DNA of 64,000 nucleotides from Mustelus asterias. Taxonomy: Eukaryota. Positions 1 through 12,350 of this stretch are shown one piece after another; within the stretch, counting starts at the first letter, position 1; each line of letters begins with the position of its first letter. Where the stretch lies: contig NC_135830.1 in NCBI RefSeq assembly GCF_964213995.1, positions 10,106,001 to 10,170,000 on the forward strand, written 5' to 3'. Made by a program: the position numbers and the translations under genes. Under the pieces are notes generated by a model. That model was not told the DNA's origin and did no database searches. It was given only the letters and a program-made list of their open reading frames with translations.

Positions 1-470
1 CCTCTCCTTATAACTCAAACCATCAAATCCTGGTAGCATCCTAGTAAATCTTTTCTGCACTCTTTCTAGTTTAATAATATCCTTTCTATAATAGGGTGAC
101 CAAAGAACAATACAGCACAGGAACAGGCCCTTCGGCCCTCCAAGCCCGTGCCACTCCCTGGTCCAAACTAGACCATTCTTTTGTAGCCCTCCATTCCCAC
201 TCCGTTCATGTGGCTATCTAGATAAGTCTGAAATGTTCCCAGTGTGTCCGCCTCCACCACCTTGCCCGGCATTGCTCCTCTGGGCACTTTCGTATCGCTC
301 CCCTCTCACCTTAAACCCTTGCCCTCTAGTTTTAGACTCCCCTACCTTTGGGAAAAGATATTGACCATCTAGCTGATCTGTGCCCCTCATTATTTTATAA
401 ACCTCTCTAAGATCACCCCTCAGCCTCCTATGCTCCAGAGAAAAAAGTCCCAGTCTATCCAGCCTCTCCA
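1..470 (-). mobile_element. CR1-clade LINE 3' fragments (ORF2 C-terminus)
   Basis: ORF 214..480 reads LERLDRLGLFSLEHRRLRGDLREVYKIMRG...TRG, the typical CR1 ORF2 C-terminal motif; near-identical to 28040-28380. Confidence 0.85.
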
Positions 471-559
471 AAGTAGACATGATCTTATTGAGTGATGCAG
501 CAGGCTCGATGGGCCGAATGACGGGCTCCTGTTTCGAATTCTTATTCCGATGTTCTTGG

Positions 560-1010
560 ATAGCTGCGCAAGCGCCCTGCTACCTATTGTCCCTCTGAAG
601 ATAGAGGTTCTGAACCAGCCCCTGAAACCACGCCCATTGTGACCCCCGACGGCAGCGCATGCGCTCTCCTTCCCCGCTGAAACAAGATGGCGACCGAAAA
701 CCGGAGCCTGTTCGCGGGAAAAAACCCCGGGAGCTGCAAACCCAGAACCGGCATGGTCTTATTCAGGCCGTGCAACCTGGAGCGGGCATTTGTGAAGCCT
801 CCGCTCCCTCCCCACCCCGACTCCATTCCTCCCTCCGCCACACTGACTCTCACCCGCTGGAAAAAGCTTCCCCTGCACTCGCCGGGCTCCGAGCAAAGTG
901 GCACTGCGCACACTCCAGATTCAGCACTGCGCCTGCGCAATAGGCTCCTGTGGAATGAAGAGGACACTTTCCCACCCGCAGGCGTACTTGGGAATTAACG
1001 GCGCCATTGT
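560..1010 (-). promoter_or_regulatory. CpG-rich ZNF promoter cassette copy, oriented to the left (target gene outside window)
   Basis: NRF1-type GCGCATGCGC 655-664, YY1-type CAAGATGGCG 683-692, TGCGCCTGCGCA ~927-938, Staf-like site ~975-1005; reverse complement aligns by eye with 12470-12890, 27160-27500 and 43970-44340. Confidence 0.65.
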
Positions 1011-1489
1011 CAAAGACATAATAGAAAACTATCTGGTGCAATTGAGATGAATTAATTTTTTTAATACATTCCTCTGAATTTGTGATTAATTGGCCTGTGT
1101 ACTAAGCAGATATTAATGTTCCACTTAAAATTAAAAGAGAAGGTGCAGGAAAAACGCAGCAGGATTGAGAGAGAACCCACAGAGGCAAGTTATGAATAGA
1201 GTTCAGACTGAAACAACAGTAAAAAAACCCACACGGGGGACCAGGAACTGAGTTCTGCATCCAACAGACAGCCTGATTTATGCCAGCTCCTAACTGTGTT
1301 TCTAAAGTCGAACTTATAAAACAGTAACACAGAAACAAAACTCTGTAGAGATTGTTTCTGGGACAAAGAAAATAATTACTGGAGATAGTCATCAGGCCAG
1401 ACAACCTGTGAGAGTCACAAACAGAATTGAGGGTTCAGGTTGCTGACCTGCCCTCAGTCTGCAATTAAACATTTAGAGTTAGTCACTGA

Positions 1490-1530
1490 CTAATGGCGGT
1501 CACAATTCCCACAATGCTCTGCGCCGCAGA
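1490..1530 (+). promoter_or_regulatory. ZNF143/Staf binding site (SBS)-like motif
   Basis: CACAATTCCCACAATGCTCTGCG closely resembles the SBS consensus; preceded by the same AATGGCGG seen in other cassette copies. Confidence 0.5.
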
Positions 1531-1764
1531 AACCCCTCCATTCAAAAGTTGTTCGCTGGAATTCACTAATCATAGAATCCTTACAGTGCAGAAAGAGGCC
1601 ATTCGATCCATCGAGTCTGTACTGCAACGGCAACAATATATTCTGCACCCTACTCTTTTCCTTTCCCCCGATGTACTCTATCAATTTACTTTTTTTCTGT
1701 ACAGCACGCAGGAAATAATACTTTTCACTGTATCCCAGAACATGCGACAATAATAAATCAAATT

Positions 1765-2390
1765 AGACACTACATATCTTGGACACCAAGGGACAAATTT
1801 ACCTAACCTGCACATCTTTGGGCTATGAGAGAAAAAACGGAGCACCCAGAGGAAGATTGTGCAAACTTCACACATGAGGTGGAGATGCCAACGCTGAACT
1901 GGGGTAAGCACAATAAGAAGCCTCACAACACAAGGTTAAAGACCAACAGGTTTATTTGGAACCACAAGCTTTCAGAGCGCTGATGAAGGAGCAGTGCTCT
2001 GAAAGCTCGTGATTCCAAATAACCAAAAGAGAAAATGCTGGAAAATCTCAGCAGGTTTGGCAACATCTGTAAGGACAAAAAAGAGCTGACATTTCGAGAC
2101 CAGATGACTCTTTGTCAAAGCTTTGACAAAGGGTCATGTGGATTCGAAGCATCAGCTCTTTTCTCTCCTGACAGATCCTGCCATATCTGCTGAGATTTTC
2201 CAGCAATTTCTCTTTTGGTCTCAAATTCCAGCATCCGCAGTCATTTGCTTTGATTCCAAATAAACTTATTGGACTTTAACCTGGTGTTATGAGACATCTT
2301 ACTGTGCAAACTCCACAGAGACAGTCACCCACCGCTGGAATCGAACCCAGACTCAGTGAGGCAGCAGTGCTAACCGCTGTGCCACAGTGA
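1765..2390 (-). mobile_element. HE1-type V-SINE interrupted by a Penelope-derived 3' fragment (~1875-2305), itself interrupted by a hairpin element (2023-2250)
   Basis: Three nested layers; duplicated GTGCAAACT(T/C)CACA at ~1859 and ~2304; TSD TGATTCCAAATAA at 2010-2022 and 2251-2263. Confidence 0.75.
2023..2250. mobile_element. Short hammerhead-bearing repeat (family 2), fold-back copy
   Basis: ~100-bp arms of an imperfect palindrome centred at 2120/2121 (TTTGTCAAAG|CTTTGACAAA); same family at 3015-3172, 3770-3870, 4270-4410, 37525-37630, 57928-58075. Confidence 0.7.
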
Positions 2391-3014
2391 AGGGAGTTTG
2401 CCGCAAATTTCGGGTGACAACAATGGGCTGGATGTTGCTCAGAATGGGGAGCACTGCAGCAAAGTACAGAGAGACAGAGACAGAGCAGCAAACTGGACTG
2501 AGAAATGGAGTCTGCAGACTGGAACTGGCAGCATGAGGAGAGGTTATTTAGTCTAACACTCACAGCAATCTACAACCCACCCCCATTACCGAGACAGTGA
2601 GACAGAGAATATAAACACTCACCAACACAGCTCCAGTGAAACGTCCCAGGAAAAAGAGGGAATCTGTGGCAGTTTCTGTCCTGATATAGCCCCAGGACTG
2701 TCACTCAAACCCCCAACCCGGCCCAGTTCACAGCTCAGCCTCTCAGCTTGCAGCTTCCTGCACCTTGAGCCAACCCTATCCAGGTGTGGGAGGGATGTGG
2801 AACCCCAGAGTGGGGCGAGGGATGACCTCCTGCTGTGCCCCAAATAGTTTCTCCTTCCCCTCCCCCTTGGCGCTCTAAGGTCTGAATGTGGATGTGTTGA
2901 TGGACATTGCAGAGCCTCACTGAGCTGCGGCTGTACCTTATCCTGGGTCACCCCCTCCCCCTGGGTTCAGTGTGTTCAGTTCCCTGCTTCTTTCCCTGCT
3001 GAACCTTCAGTTAA

Positions 3015-3172
3015 TCAAAAACAGAAAGTGCTGGAAAACCTCAGCAGGTCTGACAGCATCTGTGATCATCCAGACCGGAAGCATTAACTCTATTCTCTCC
3101 ACAGTCGCTGAGATTTCCAGCATTTTCTGTTTCTGTTTCAGATTCCAGCACCCGCAGTATTTTGCTTTTATC
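3015..3172 (+). mobile_element. Family-2 short repeat with 5' inverted segment
   Basis: Ends GCTGAGATTTCCAGCATTTTCTG...CAGATTCCAGCA..GCAGT..TTTGCTTTT like the other family-2 copies; its 5' part is the reverse complement. Confidence 0.55.
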
Positions 3173-3769
3173 TTAAACAAGCATTCTTTGATGGCCTTTA
3201 CCCTGATTGTTCCTTTCCAGAGCTTCCCACCTTCTGCTATTGTCCAGCACTCCCACATTAACTCTGTCATTCCTCCCCTTTATCCCGCTCACCCTGTCTG
3301 AAGTCAGGCTCAGAGTTTTACCGCCATCTCCCCCTCCCCCAGCCTCCACATCCCAACACCCGGAATCTCCAGCCCAGCGGTTCCAGTTTGTCTGGTTTGA
3401 GTTCAGATTTGCCGCAGCGCCGACAGGATTTCACTTCAAACCAGCCGGAACTGACTGCTCACAAATCCCTAAATGTTTCTCCAGCAGCCCGGGCTTGTTA
3501 ATGTTGTTTAAAGTCAGCGCCCAAATGCAGTTACTCTCCTCAGTTTAAAAAACTTCTCCGTTTAATCTAAGGTACTATTCACACCAGACACAAATATAAA
3601 ATTGTGAACGTTACCCCCCCCCCCCCCTCCCCTCCCCCCGGCCACCCAGACCCGAGCTGGGGTGTCCTGAGTAAGAGACATCTGTTCCAGGTGTGACAAT
3701 TCTTACACATTCTCTGGTTGACATCAAACGGAAAACGCTGGAAATATTCATGAATGAAAGCAAATTGCT

Positions 3770-4410
3770 GCTTTTGTCAAAAGGGTCACCTGGACTCGAA
3801 ACCTCAGCTCTTTCTGTCTCCTTACAGATGCTGCCAGACCTGCTGAGATTTTCCAGCATTTTCTCTTTTGGCTGGAAATACTCAACAGGTCAGGCAGCCT
3901 CTGTGGAGAGAGAAACAGACTGAATGTGACCTGTCATCGGAACTGGGAAATATAATATTATTTCTCGCAACTAAAAGAGACACTTTACAGCCTTCAGAAC
4001 AAAACTGAGTCCAACAATTTTACACCACAATCTCTGTCCCCATTGTGTTCTGTGTTTCGTTGCTGCTTTTTTCACCTCATTTTCCTCGTGTTTTCTTTAC
4101 CTTACATTCAGACTATCGCTCACCGGCTATTCACAACTCATCCAGAACATCTTTTGTGTCTTTACTTGTCCCAGTACCACTCGCTTTGGTCTTGGGCCGT
4201 GAAACATTTTGTCAGTTTGCAGATCTTTCATTTTGTCTCCTCCACCTCCCTCTCTCAATTCTTCAGAGGTCAGTCTTTGGCAAAGGGTCATCTGGACTCG
4301 AAACGTCAGCACTTTTCTCTCCTGACAGATGCTGCCAGACCTGCTGAGATTTTCCAGCATTTTCTCTTTTGGTTTCAGATTCCACCATTCACTGTAATTT
4401 GTTTTTATCC
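3770..4410 (+). mobile_element. Two family-2 short repeat copies (3770-3870, 4270-4410)
   Basis: AAAGGGTCA(C/T)CTGGACTCGAAAC..CAGC...CAGATGCTGCCAGACCTGCTGAGATTTTCCAGCATTTTCTCTTTTGG in both. Confidence 0.65.
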
Positions 4411-4849
4411 TGATTTTCCCTGTGTGGCTCTGGAGAGCGCTTGAGACGTTAGGGACAGAGAAAACGAGATTTTTCACTCTCTCTCAGAGGGTCTTTGGTC
4501 TGTGGAATTCTCTTCCCCAGAGAGCAGTGGAGGCAGAGTCAATGAATATTTTTAAGGCTGAATAAATGGATTCTTGATTGACAAGAGAGTCAGAGGATTA
4601 GGGGGGGGGGGGGGGATTCGGGGGGGGGGCGGGGGGGGGGGAGGGGGGAGACAGAAAAATGGAGTTCTGGCCACAATCAGATCAGTTGGGATCTTGTCAA
4701 ATGCTGGAGCAGAGGGGCCCAATGGTCCACTGCTGCTCCTCATTCATATGGATGTTTAGCTGTATGTTTCACTCTGTTTTTACCTCCATAGAAGCTGCTG
4801 AGCCTGTTGACTATTTCTGGCATTGACTGTTTTATTTCAGATTTTAAGA

Positions 4850-5015
4850 CTCTGTAACATATCACTGTGTAATCCAGCAATTAATCCAGTTCTCCTGGAT
4901 TTCTGCTCTGTAACATATCACTCTGTAATCCAACAATTAATCCAGTTCCCCTGGATTTCTGCTCTGTAACATATCACTGTGTATTCCAACAATTAATCCC
5001 ATTCCCCTGGATTAC
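4850..5015. repeat. Tandem repeat, ~56-bp unit x3
   Basis: CTCTGTAACATATCACT(G/C)TGTA.TCCA.CAATTAATCC recurs at ~4850, 4906 and 4962. Confidence 0.85.
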
Positions 5016-5021
5016 TGCATT

Positions 5022-5345
5022 GTGGCATAGTGGTTAGCACCGCTGCCTCACAGCGCCAGGGACCCGGGTTCGATTCAAGTTTCAGGTCACTGTTGAGTTT
5101 ATTTGTTGAGTTTGCACATTCTCCCTGTGTCTGCGTGGGTTCCCTCTGGATGCTCCAGTTTCCTCCCACAGTCCAAAGATTGGGTGGATTATGTGGATTG
5201 GCTATGCTAAATTGCCCCTTAGTGTCAGGGGGAACTAGCTAGGGTAAATGCATGGCATTAAGGGGATAGGGCCTGGATAGGATTGTGGTCGGTGCAAACT
5301 CAATGGGCCGAATGGCCTCCTTCTGCACTGTTGGATTCTATGATT
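5022..5345 (+). mobile_element. HE1-type V-SINE
   Basis: tRNA-like head (GTGGTTAGCAC...GGTTCGATTC), V-domain-like core, CR1-like tail ATGGGCCGAATGGCCTCCTTCTGCACTG. Confidence 0.8.
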
Positions 5346-5659
5346 CTAGTTAGAAGTCTCACAACACCAGGTTAAAATCCAACAGGTTTATTTGGCATCA
5401 CGAGCTTTCATCGGGTGAGTCAATCGTCCATGATTCTAGATACAGACAAACTCACAGATGCACAAATACATTCACAGACACGCATATATGATTTCAAGAA
5501 GTAATTAGATATCGCTCATGGGGCTAAAGGGATCAAGGGATATGGGAGGAAGGGGCGATCAGAATAATTAATTCGATGATCAGCCATGATCAAAATGAAT
5601 GGTGGAGCAGGCTCGAAGAGTCGAATGGCCTACACCTGCTTCTAGTTTCTATCCTTCTA

Positions 5660-5735
5660 TGGACACACACACCGCACGCACATGCATGCACACGCACACG
5701 CATGCACGGACGCACGCACACACACACACACACAC
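5660..5735. repeat. (CA)n/(CACG)n microsatellite
   Basis: Direct inspection. Confidence 0.85.
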
Positions 5736-5944
5736 TCAATCTCAGACACTCTCACAAACACAGAGACAGACTGAGACCATGAAGGGTTGATGTCAGTCTC
5801 ACTCTAATCCACCTGCTGGGCACCAAAATAATAACAGAAGCAAATCTGAAACTCAGTGTGTGGATTTTATTGTGAAATGAGATAATTTATAAATATATCC
5901 CCATAGCTCCGGGTGGGAGTGGAATTGATGATTTCTTGACTGTC

Positions 5945-6500
5945 TGTCTGCACTGCTGCCTCACAGCGCTAGGGACCTGGGTTCAATTCCCGGCTTGAGT
6001 CACTGTCTGTGTGGAGTCTGTACGTTCTCCCCGTGTCAGCATGGGTTCCCTCCAGGTGCTCCGGTTTCCTCCCACAGTCTGAAAGACGCGCTATTTAAGT
6101 GCATTGACCCAAACAGGTGCCGGACTGTGGCGACTAGGGGAATTTCACAGTAGAACATAGAACAGTACAGCACAGAACAGGCCCTTCGGCCCACGATGTT
6201 GTGCCGAACTTTATCTGAAACCAAGATCAAGCTATCCCACTCCCTATCATCCTGGTGTGCTCCATGTGCCGATCCAATAACCGCTTAAATGTTCCTAAAG
6301 TGTCTGACTCCACTATCACTGCAGGCAGTCCATTCCACACCCCAACCACTCTCTGCGTAAAGAACCTACCTCTGATATCCTTCCTATATCTCCCACAACG
6401 AATCCTATAGTTATGCCCCCTTGTAATAGCTCCATCCAGTAACTTCATTGCAGTGTTAATGTTAGCCTTACTTGTAACTAATAAATAAATTTAACTTTTA
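5945..6500 (+). mobile_element. V-SINE with alternative 3' tail, interrupted by a minus-strand CR1 3' fragment (~6151-6437)
   Basis: V-core followed by GACTGTGGCGACTAGGGGAATTTCACAGT...AACTTCATTGCAGTGTTAATG; insert encodes TRGHNYRIR...FFTQRVVGVWNGLP. Confidence 0.7.
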
Positions 6501-6519
6501 ACTTTAATTTTGTGAACTC

Positions 6520-6845
6520 ATAGAATCGTAGAATCCTACAGTGCAGAAGAATGCCATTCAGCCCATTGAGTCTGCACCAACCACAATCCCACCCAGGCCC
6601 TACCCCGGTAACTCCACATATTTAACCTGCTAATCCTCCTGACACGAGGGTCAATTTTGCATGGCCAGTCAACCTAAGCAGCACATCTTTGGACTGTGGG
6701 AGGAAACCAGAGCACCCGGAGGAAACCCACCCAAACACGGCGAGAACATGCAGACTCTGCACAGACAGTGATCCAAGCTCGGAATTGAACTCAGGTCCGT
6801 GGCGCTGTGAGACAGTAGTGCTAACCACTGTGCCACCATGCCGCC
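6520..6845 (-). mobile_element. HE1-type V-SINE
   Basis: Reverse complement of the HE1 consensus seen at 17067-17405. Confidence 0.8.
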
Positions 6846-7359
6846 CTCATCTCCTTGAACAAATAGTAAATTGTAGAGATTATAAAGTTTGAATTGTAAT
6901 ATCTAATGGTGTAAAGTATCTGGGAGCAGAGTGGGTGTGATAAAGGCTGGAATACAGACTGTGGGAATGAGGCTGAAACTGCTGTGCTCAGTGAATGGTT
7001 CTTATTGGAGGGAGGGATGGGAGGAGGGAGAGAGGGATGGATGGTGAGAGGGAGGGATGGAGAAAGGGAGGGAGAGTGAGGTGGAAGTAGGGAGAGAGGG
7101 ATGAATGGGGGTGAATGTGAGAAGCTGAAGTTTACATTTGAAGAGGTTCCCAGTCTCTCTGATCAGCTGAACTGGGGAAGCTTTTGCGCAGACTGCACTG
7201 CTGCTGTTTCCCCTCCTGTCCACCAGGGTCGCTGTAGGCCTCCCAGCTGCTGCTCCTCCCAATGTCACCTCTTGCCCACTCCAGCCCCTCCAGCACACCT
7301 CACTGGAGCCCCGGGCCATTCTTGCCATCCTGCCATGTCTCGGGTACTGAGGCCAATAG

Positions 7360-7660
7360 TAAAGTTTATTTATGAGTCACAAGTAGGTTTACATTCACAC
7401 TGTAATGAAGTTACTGTGAAAATCCCCCAGTCACCACACTCCGGCACCTGTTCGGGTTACACTGAGGGAGAATTCAGCATGGCCAATGCACCTAACCAGC
7501 ACATCTTTTGGACTGTGGGAGGAAACCGGAGCACCCGGAGGAAATCCACAGACACGGGGAAAATGTGCAAACTCCACGCAGTGACTCAAGCCTGGAATCA
7601 AATCCAAATCCCTGGCACTGTGAGGCAGCAGTGGTAACCACTGTACCACTGTACCGCCCA
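7360..7660 (-). mobile_element. V-SINE, alternative-tail subfamily
   Basis: Same structure as 5945-6500 and 12910-13180. Confidence 0.7.
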
Positions 7661-9006
7661 GTGCTCTAAGGTTAAGTTTCTTCTTCAAACCTAAGAAGAT
7701 TCAGTGTCACATCAGGACGGGGAAAAAGGAGTCCATTGGCTTCAGATGGATAATGGTAAAAGTTAATATCCCAATTTATTCACTTTATTCCTTCAAGCTG
7801 AGGTTTACAAAGTGAGAATTCCGCTGTTTATAGCAGTGACTAAATAAGCAATGACACTCATCCTATATTTAAATTAGTCTGGAATACACCTCAATTTCAC
7901 ACAGGTTAACATTTTTCAAGCATTTGGAACCCCAAATGTCTGCTGATGTGTCATCCAGAGCTGTTTTCCTGGCAGTTTGTGTCAGTAGTAGGCTGCTGTT
8001 ACCATCCACTCTTGGGCAGGGTGAGGAGACAGCTCCGACACCGACCTCAGCTGGAATGGGAATTGAACCATACATTAGTCCGCAAGCCGGCAATGCTGCA
8101 GGAATTGCAAAGGGGTTGCACAGAGGTCCAGAATTAGAAGAGGGGGTTGTGGAGATGGAGGAAGCGTCTGCAAGACATGGGGACATTTTGGATTATCTCA
8201 AAATTACAGAATGTGGGAGACCAGTCAGGAATGTGTTGAAATTGTCAAGTCTGGCGGTAATGTGTGGATGTGGGATTCAGCAGCAGATGAAGGGCTGCAC
8301 GGTGGAACAGTGGTTGGCACTGCTGCCTGACAGCAGTGGGTTTCTGTGTACGTTCTCCCTGTGTCTGAGTTTCCTCTGGGTGCTTCCGTTTCCTCCTACA
8401 TTCCAAAGATGTGCAGGTTAGGTGGATTGGCCATGTTAAATTATCCGTTAGCGTCCAAAGATGTGTAGGTTAGGGGGGTTAGCAGGGTGAATGCACAAGG
8501 GTACAGGGCCCATCGAGTCTGCACCGACTCTCCAACAGAGCTTCTTACCCAGGCCCAATCCCAGTAGCCCCACATATTTATCCCGCTGTTCCACTGTGTT
8601 ACTTATTCAGTACAATAGGGACCAGAGTCTGAGGTTATAAATGGGTGAGTTTACTCCAATCATAATTCTTTCAACACCTGACAAGTTTACAGCTATTAAC
8701 ATCCTGCCTATCAAATAGCTCCAGCCTACATATGAGAGGACCAACATTCAGAGCTTTCAAATCCTTATCCTGAAGTTACAAAACGGACTTTAATCATCGG
8801 CCTGCTGATACATCGGCACATTCACACAGGGGTGGATTGGACTGTCATCTGTTATTTATTCATCTTTAGTTCAATACAGTTTCTGAGTGATTTAAATTTA
8901 AAACAAGGTCTGCAGGCGTGAAGATTTATTGACACATGAATGAGAGATGCTGTGGGGTATTCTACAAGTCCAACAGGGTTGATTTACATCAGAAAAACTC
9001 CAACTA

Positions 9007-10280
9007 TCAGTATAAACATAATTTATTTGGGATGCAATTAACAGCAGCAATAACAGCAGAATCACACCCCTGTGACCACTGGTGAACTCGCTGGTGTCTC
9101 ACCAGGTTGTATGACTGGGTGAATCTCTTTCCACACATTGAACAAGTGAACGGCTTCTCCTCACTGTGAACTTGTTGGTGTCTCAGCAGAATGGATGACC
9201 GGGTGAATCCTTTCCCACACTCAGTGCAGGTGAACGGTTTGTCCTCAGAGTGATTTCGCTGGTGTGCGAGCAGAAGTTTTCTGCTTTTAAAGCTCTTCTC
9301 ACAGTCAGAACATCTGAACGGTCTCTCATTTGTGTGAACAAGTTGGTGAGAAGTGAGAGAAGATAAACAAGTGAATCTCTTCCCACACGCAGGGCAGGTG
9401 AACGGCCTTTCCCCAGTGTGAATTCGCTGGTGTACAGTGAGGTCGCCTGATCGCCTGAAGCCAGTCCCGCAGTGAGAGCACGTGAATGTCTCTCGTCAGA
9501 GTGAACACGTTGATGGTGACGCAGTTCCTCAGAACTTTTATAGCCCTTCCCGCAGTCTGGACATTTAAACAGTCTCTCTTCACTGTGAACTCGTTGGTGT
9601 TTCTGCAGGTTGGATGATCGGTTAAATCCCTTCCCACATTCAGAGCAGGTGAATGGCCTCTCTCCAGTGTGAATGCGCTCATGTGCCACAAGGTGGAATG
9701 ATGTCCTGAACCCCTTCTGGCAGTGGGAGCAGCTGAACGGTGTGGAACCGGTGTGAATGTACTGGTGCTCCCGCAGTGTGCGTGTAGTTTTAAAACTCTT
9801 TCCACACTCAGTGCATTTAAACTCTCTCCTGTCGGTGTGAACTGGCTGGTGTCTCTGCAGGGCAGAGAAATCTGTGAATCCCTTCCCACACACGGAGCAG
9901 GTGAATGGCCTCTCCCCTGTGTGAATGTGCTGATGTATCAGCAGGGCCGATGACTGAATAAATCCTTTTCCACATTCGGAGCAGGTGAACTGCCTCTCCC
10001 TGCTGTGAATGCGCTGGTGAATCAACAGGCCAGCTGACTGAGTGAATCCCTTCCCACACACAGGGCAGGTAAAAGGTCTCTCTCCAATGTGAGTGCGTTG
10101 GTGATTTTGCAGGTCAACTGGATAATTGAATCCTTTCCCACAGTCTCCACATTTATACGGTTTCTCCCTGGTGTGACTGCGCTTGTGTCTCAACAGGCCA
10201 GATGATCGATTGAAGCCTTGTCCACATACAGAACACATGTACAGTGTCTCCTCTCTGTGAACGGTGCTTTTTTCTTCCAT
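9007..10280 (-). CDS. C2H2 zinc-finger protein (14 fingers; 1-nt frameshift at ~9488 after finger 9)
   Basis: Splice acceptor TTTTTCAG at 10387; ATG 10280 (MEEKSTVH); 9 fingers in frame. GAGAGACATTC lacks one C of GAGAGACCATTC. Five more fingers follow in the shifted frame, ending ...[18 protein letters not shown] (stop 9007-9009). Uncorrected ORF stops at 9183. Confidence 0.8.
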
Positions 10281-11639
10281 GTTCAAAGGCTGATGATGTT
10301 TAGATCCTGATGAATCAAAGCTCTCTGTCTGATCTTGATGTGATCCTTGATTTACAATTTTCTGGAATTCCTCACCTTCTAATCCGCTGAAAAATGAATT
10401 GAAAACAGAAAGAGGGAAACATGAGAGACAAGCCATAAATATACAAAGGCAAAATGTGAAATTCAGCTGAACTAATCTGGTAAACTGTGGAATTGGGACT
10501 AGGAAATAGTGGATATGAAAGCTGCTGGATTGTGACAAAGCCTCAAACTGTTTACCAATGCACTGAGGGAAAGGAACCCTCCACCTCTTCAGAGCCAACA
10601 ACAAGAATCCAGCCTTTATGCGTGAAGAGGGAGAGGTCGGGAGGAGGGTGACGGAGAGAGACTTTATACATCAGCAACTCAACCAGGATTTTGGCAGAGT
10701 CTCCTCAACCCACAATCTTCCCCACCTGGAAGTACCAGAGCAGTTGGGACATGGGAAAACCACACAACTCCCTGACTTGGACAAATATCACTGTCCGTTC
10801 AATGTGACTGGGTTAAAATTCTAATACTGTTGCATTGTGGGAGCACCTTTACTATATGGACTGCAGAGGTTCAAGAAGAAGGCCAACTATCACCATCACA
10901 AAGGACAATTGGTGATTGGTAACATATCGCTGTCTGTGATAGTAAATCAGGACAAATACCTGGGCCTTTTTTGTTCTTTTGCAAATCTGTATGAAACCTG
11001 CAATTTCATAAGATATAGGAGCAGAATTAGACCATTCGGACCCTCGAGTCCGCTCCGCCATTCAATCATGGCTGATATGCTTCTCATCCCCATTTTCCTG
11101 CCTTCTCCCCATAACCTTTCAACCCATAACCAATGAAAAATCTGTCCAACTCCTACTTAAATTACTCACTGCCCAGCATCCACCGCACTTTGGGGTAGCA
11201 AATTCCACAGATGAAAGGAAAACAAGGAAACAAAACCCATGACCGCTACAATCTAGGAGGACAAGGACAGTGGACAGGTGGGGAAAACCACTACCTGGAA
11301 GTCCCCCTCCAAACCACTCACCATCTTGACTTGGAAATATGTCACTGTTCCTTCACTGTCATTGGATCAAAATCCTGGAATTCCCTCCCTAACAGCACTA
11401 TGGCTGTACCTACACCACATGGATTGCAGTGATTCAAGAAGACAGCTCACCACCACCTTTTCAAGGGCAATAAATGCGAGTCTAGACAACGACTAGAATC
11501 CATTGAATGATTTTTAAAATGACTTGGAATATCCATGAGAAAACAATCCTGACAGTTACTCAAATAAATACTTCACTCAGTCACACCAGCTTCCGAGTTT
11601 ACATTTGACTGGAGTGGTTGGATTTTGCTGCTGTTTGTG

Positions 11640-12350
11640 GAAAACTTTGGGGCATTTGCCCAGTCCATTACGCAAACCAGCCTCCCATCCATTCACTCTG
11701 TCTACACTTCCCGCTGCCTCGGAAAAGCAGCCAACATAATAAAGAATGCCACACACCCCAGACATACTCTCTTCCACCTTCTTCCATCAAGAAAAAGGTA
11801 CAAAAGTCTGAGATCATCTACCAACTGACTTAAGAACACCTTCTTCCTTGCTGCCATCAGACTTTTGAATAGACCTACTTCTCATTAAGTTGATCTTTCT
11901 CTACACTCTAACTGTGACTGTAACACTACATTCGACACTCTCTCCTTTCCTTCCCTATGTACAGTATGCTTTGCCTGTATAGTGCACAAGAAATAATACT
12001 TTTCACTGTACACTAATACATGTGATAATAATAAATCAAATCAAAAAAGAACCCCACACACCCTCTCTTCCACCTTCTTCCATCGGGAAGAAGATACAAA
12101 AGTCTGAGATCAAGTACCAACTGACTCAAAAATAGCTTAATCCCTGCTGCCATCAGACTTTTGAATGGAGCTGCCTTATATTAAGTTGATCTTTTGCTAC
12201 ACCCTGGATATGACTGTAACACTACATTCTGCACCCTTTTCTTTCCTTCTCTCCTATCTGCTCTATGAATGGAATGCTTTGTCTGTACAGTGCGCAAGAA
12301 ATAATAATTTTCACTGTAAACCATAACATGTGACAATAATAAATCAAAAT
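11640..12350 (+). mobile_element. Rex1/Babar-type LINE 3' end, with tandemly duplicated tail
   Basis: Translates AQSITQTSLPSI..YTSRCLGKAANIIK..THP.H.LFHLLPS.KRYKSLRS.TN.LKN.F...AIRLLN; segment from ~11745 repeated at ~12048-12350. Confidence 0.7.

Noticed and set aside
9326-10059. Alternative-frame and antisense ORFs over ZNF exons (VGRDSL.., MWEGIH..)
   Set aside because: Shadow frames produced by finger periodicity
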